Shown here one piece after another: positions 22,220-25,576 of a stretch of DNA of 25,576 nucleotides. A program made the position numbers and the translations under genes. Source of the stretch: a virus; the IMG/VR virus record IMGVR_UViG_3300010342_001360, positions 1-25,576 of that record; one strand, written 5' to 3'. Each line of letters starts with the position of its first letter. Within the stretch, counting starts at the first letter, position 1. Under the pieces are notes generated by a model that did no database searches, was not told the DNA's origin, and worked only from the letters and a program-made list of their open reading frames with translations.

Positions 22220-22963
22220 ATGCAAATTTATAAAATAATAAACACTATTAATCAAAAGTGTTACGTAGGAAAAGATAAGAATAATCGAAAAGATTATTTT
22301 GGTTCGGGAAAAATAATTAAAAATGCCATTAAAAAATACGGAAAGGAAAACTTTAAAAAAGAAATAATTCAGGAATGTTTTTCTTTAGAAGAATTAAATG
22401 AACAAGAGATTTTTTGGATTAATGAATTAAACACGATTATACCCAATGGATATAATATATCAAAAGGCGGAGACGGAGGTGATACAATTTCTAAAAATCC
22501 AAATAAAAAAGAAATTATAGAAAAACAAAAAAATACAAAAAAGCAGAAAGGTATAGGCAAAGGTGAAAAAAATCCCAGTTTTGGAAAACATTTATCCAAA
22601 AATCATAAAGAAAAAATATCAAAAAGCATAAAGCTTTTATATGAAACAGGAAAAATAGAACGCTATAGAATGACTGATGATGGGAAGAAAAAATTAAGCA
22701 AACGGATGAAAGAAAAATGCCCTACCAAAACACCAGAAGGTAGAATTAAAAATAGAGAAAATAATTTAGGAATAAAAAATCCTAATGCACACATATATGA
22801 ATTTATTTCTCCTAATGAAAAAATATTTAAAGTAAAAGGAAATATAAAACAATTTTGTAAATTAAATAAAATATCTTATAAACGTATAATCAAAATCTAT
22901 AATACAGATAATAACGTTGAAGGATGGAAATGTAAAAAAATATCTAAAGTACGTAACAATTAA
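22220..22963 (+). CDS. GIY-YIG homing endonuclease with NUMOD3-like repeats
   Basis: QIYKIINTINQKCYVGKD...YFGSG, GYNISKGGDGG, NPSFGKHLSKNHKEKIS. Confidence 0.9.
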   Translation: MQIYKIINTINQKCYVGKDKNNRKDYFGSGKIIKNAIKKYGKENFKKEIIQECFSLEELNEQEIFWINELNTIIPNGYNISKGGDGGDTISKNPNKKEIIEKQKNTKKQKGIGKGEKNPSFGKHLSKNHKEKISKSIKLLYETGKIERYRMTDDGKKKLSKRMKEKCPTKTPEGRIKNRENNLGIKNPNAHIYEFISPNEKIFKVKGNIKQFCKLNKISYKRIIKIYNTDNNVEGWKCKKISKVRNN

Positions 22964-22974
22964 TACATAACACT

Positions 22975-24147
22975 ATGATAATCAAATCTTTACTTGACAA
23001 TGACCTTTATAAGTTTTCGATGGATTTTGCTATTTTAAAACTTTTTCCTACGGCAAAGGTCAGGTATAAGCTTTTTTTGCGGTCAGAGGTTGAATTCCCT
23101 GATGGGTTTGCCGAAAAATTAAGAGAAGAAATCAAATTAATGGAGAGTTTAAAACTATCTCCTCAGGAAAAAGATTTTTTTATTAAAAGATGCCCATATA
23201 TCGACCAGTCATATTTTGATTTTTTAGAAGGATATAGATATAATTCCTCTGAAGTCGGAATAATACAAGATGGAGGCAAATTAGAATTAAATATTGAGGG
23301 GTGGTGGTTTAGAGTCGTGCTTTGGGAAGTCCCTCTTATGGCTCTCATATCAGAGCTTTATTTTAAAATGACTTTCCATTCCATATACGATGAAACAACC
23401 CGTAGAGATACAAACCAGAAGAAAGCAGCTATTTTTAATTATGCAAATATCAAAGTAGCGGATTTTGGAACTAGAAGGAGATTTTCTTATGATGTACAAA
23501 AAGAAATGGTAGAGGACCTAAGCAACCGAATGCGAAAAGGCTTATTCGTGGGTACTTCAAACGTTCATTTGGCACATCTTTATAATTTAACTCCTATAGG
23601 AACTGAAGCTCATGAATGGTTTATGTTCCATGCTGCAAAATATGGATTTCAGATGGCAAATGAACTCGGTCTTAAACATTGGGCAGATGTTTACAATGGA
23701 AGTCTTGGAACTGCACTTGCAGATACTTTCACAACAGAAGCATTTCTTAAGGCCTTCAATATGAAATACGCTAAGTTGTATGATGGTGTTCGTCAGGATA
23801 GCGGGGATCCATTCGAATTTGCTGATAAATTCATTGCACATTATAAAAAATTAGGGATCGATCCTTTATCCAAAACCATCGTATTTTCTGATTCCTTGGA
23901 TCCGGATACTGCTAAGGATATTCAAAATTACTGCATCGGAAAAATTAAATGCTCCTTTGGAATTGGAACAAATTTATCCAATGATGTTGGGGTAACTCCT
24001 TTGAATATGGTTATAAAAATGAGTGCAGCAAAACCAACTCCAGAAGATGAATGGATTCCTACTATTAAATTATCTGATGTAGCAGGAAAACATACCGGGG
24101 ATGTTAAAATGATTGAAGTTTGTAAGTATCTTTTAAACATAAAATAA
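22975..24147 (+). CDS. pncB: Nicotinate phosphoribosyltransferase
   Basis: SLLDNDLYKFSM, DFGTRRRFS, GTSNV, GTEAHEW, LADTF, GVRQDSGDP, IVFSDSL, FGIGTNL, IKLSDVAGK. Confidence 0.95.
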   Translation: MIIKSLLDNDLYKFSMDFAILKLFPTAKVRYKLFLRSEVEFPDGFAEKLREEIKLMESLKLSPQEKDFFIKRCPYIDQSYFDFLEGYRYNSSEVGIIQDGGKLELNIEGWWFRVVLWEVPLMALISELYFKMTFHSIYDETTRRDTNQKKAAIFNYANIKVADFGTRRRFSYDVQKEMVEDLSNRMRKGLFVGTSNVHLAHLYNLTPIGTEAHEWFMFHAAKYGFQMANELGLKHWADVYNGSLGTALADTFTTEAFLKAFNMKYAKLYDGVRQDSGDPFEFADKFIAHYKKLGIDPLSKTIVFSDSLDPDTAKDIQNYCIGKIKCSFGIGTNLSNDVGVTPLNMVIKMSAAKPTPEDEWIPTIKLSDVAGKHTGDVKMIEVCKYLLNIK

Positions 24148-24151
24148 TATT

Positions 24152-24190
24152 AAAAATATTTTTTTATTTGGGGAATTATTAGTATATTTG
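24152..24190 (+). promoter_or_regulatory. Bipartite promoter
   Basis: AAAAATATTTTTTT...TATATTTG with the same 26-nt spacing. Confidence 0.6.
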
Positions 24191-24206
24191 TCTAAAGAAT
24201 TGAAGT

Positions 24207-24467
24207 ATGGGACCAGTTGAAAAAGCAAAATCGGATGGGCATTTGCCTAAAGTAGGAATTCCAGTAAAAACTACTCAAAAAATAATGGAATCTAATGAAT
24301 GTAGGGGATTTCTTGTAAAAGATAAACATATTACTTGCAGACGTCCTAATCAAAAGGGGATTTATAGAGGATATGTTCCAGGTGCTGGAGGTGATTTATG
24401 GTGGGTCGAACACGAAGATGGAACTATCGGAGCTTATATGTATAACGAAATTGAAGACATATCATGA
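24207..24467 (+). CDS. Hypothetical protein
   Basis: ORF after promoter. Confidence 0.75.
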   Translation: MGPVEKAKSDGHLPKVGIPVKTTQKIMESNECRGFLVKDKHITCRRPNQKGIYRGYVPGAGGDLWWVEHEDGTIGAYMYNEIEDIS

Positions 24468-24835
24468 AAAAGGATAGGGAAATAGAGGAAAGGTTGGAAG
24501 CCAGGAGAAAATCAATGGAAAATCAGCCTCCTGTTCCTGAACCTCAGATTGGCCAAAAGATTTATGTTCCTACCTCATTGTATGTTTACAGAGGTGCGGA
24601 TGATTTTGCCGGTGGTATAGCTACTATCAATAAAATTGAAAAATCCAAAACTCTTCCTCCGGATCATTATAACTATATGTCTGTTGGGATAGTTGAAAGA
24701 CCTGGAACCTTATATAACTGGAGGCCTTTACTTGAAAGACAGGAAGAGCTCAAGAAAATGTTTGGAGATGAGATTGCTCATCCAGATCCTGATGACAGAC
24801 CGGAATTCAATGATGAAAATGCCGATTGGCACTAA
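24464..24835 (+). CDS. Hypothetical protein
   Basis: ATGA overlap. Confidence 0.75.
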   Translation: MKKDREIEERLEARRKSMENQPPVPEPQIGQKIYVPTSLYVYRGADDFAGGIATINKIEKSKTLPPDHYNYMSVGIVERPGTLYNWRPLLERQEELKKMFGDEIAHPDPDDRPEFNDENADWH

Positions 24836-24846
24836 ATATAAAAATT

Positions 24847-25068
24847 ATGGAAACTCCGAGATTTCGATTGACAAGAGATGTTTCGGTGAATGAATGCGAA
24901 TGGTTACACCGGAACTTTAAAGAAGGTGAAATTGTTTTTGAATACCCTCTTTATATTTCTAGTTACATGAACAACAAAGGAATTATTTGTTCTGAAAAAG
25001 ATTCAGAAAGTCCTTTTTTTGAACTGCCAAAAGATGCTCTTAAAAAGGTAAACCCAGGAGATGTATAA
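24847..25068 (+). CDS. Hypothetical protein
   Basis: Start placed at ATG 24847. Confidence 0.65.
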   Translation: METPRFRLTRDVSVNECEWLHRNFKEGEIVFEYPLYISSYMNNKGIICSEKDSESPFFELPKDALKKVNPGDV

Positions 25069-25477
25069 AGAACAAGCACCCAAACAGGTCATTATTATTC
25101 GTAAAGACCTTAATATGAGAAAGGGCAAGATGATTGCCCAGGGAGCTCATGCTTCAATGAAAGCTATTTTTGATCTCATGTGGAATCAAAATCATTGGTG
25201 GACAGAAAACACCATTAAATGTCTTTGTGTAAAACCAGATTCCCCTCTTGATCTCTGGGTAAATGGTATTTTCAAAAAAATTGTCGTTGGCGCAGAAAAT
25301 CTAAATGAAATGGTGGAGGCTTACAATGAAGCAAAAAAACAAGGAATTATTTGTTCATTGATTGAAGATGCTGGTTTAACAGAATTTGGAGGAAAAGTTA
25401 CTATAACAGCTGTAGCAATTGGCCCGGATCTTCCAGAAAAAATAGATCCAATAACTAGTAAATTTAATTTGTTATAA
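25061..25477 (+). CDS. pth2: Peptidyl-tRNA hydrolase, Pth2 family
   Basis: KQVIIIRKDLNMRKGKMIAQGAHAS, KKIVV, IEDAGLTEF, TAVAIGP. Confidence 0.92.
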   Translation: MYKEQAPKQVIIIRKDLNMRKGKMIAQGAHASMKAIFDLMWNQNHWWTENTIKCLCVKPDSPLDLWVNGIFKKIVVGAENLNEMVEAYNEAKKQGIICSLIEDAGLTEFGGKVTITAVAIGPDLPEKIDPITSKFNLL

Positions 25478-25576
25478 TACGCAAGAAAATGATAAAAAAA
25501 TCTCTTATAATAATATTTTTTCTGGGGATCTCATTATCCTCTTTTTCCCAGGCTTTAACAGATACTATCAATATTT

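Noticed and set aside
1-25576. Genome-wide amber recoding (genetic code 15)
   Set aside because: Long genes such as Ro60, PncB and NadE are intact under code 11 and tile the window with no TAG fragmentation. The in-frame TAGs are confined to 7706-8222.

Overview
This window reads as a 25.6 kb piece of a large, AT-rich lytic (jumbo-type) phage genome, probably infecting Bacteroidota. That host is inferred from TAnnTTTG promoter boxes and SiaC/DUF1987 genes. All credible genes are on the + strand. Positions 1-8.9 kb hold a tRNA/ncRNA array of about 15 tRNA genes plus several tRNA-like and larger structured RNAs, interleaved with free-standing GIY-YIG, HNH and PD-(D/E)XK homing endonucleases. 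Positions 8.9-25.5 kb hold thioredoxin, a Ro60/Rsr (TROVE-vWA) gene, a cold-shock gene with a triple 133-bp repeat, two more Pth2-like hydrolases, a T4 gp30.3/NADAR-like protein, dCMP deaminase, a PncA-PncB-NadE NAD+ salvage set, an ABC-type ATPase, a radical SAM enzyme and hypothetical genes. Two systems stand out, and the supplied ORF track shows neither. (1) An amber-suppressor tRNA (anticodon CUA, 8776-8847) lies just downstream of three consecutive ORFs that each carry an early in-frame TAG: a Pth2-like gene, an RPP-stop micro-peptide and a 23-codon peptide. The rest of the window uses the standard code and almost never stops at TAG, which suggests a suppressor-gated expression module. 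(2) Four copies of a conserved RNA stem (GTAGTAA..AGAGTTACTTCG / CTCT..TTTCTC) carry different tRNA-derived cargo: a circularly permuted tRNA closed by a cUUCGg loop, an acceptor-less Gln core, or nothing. One copy sits directly upstream of Ro60, so these are candidate Y RNAs. All calls come from reading the sequence by eye; no searches or folding programs were run.
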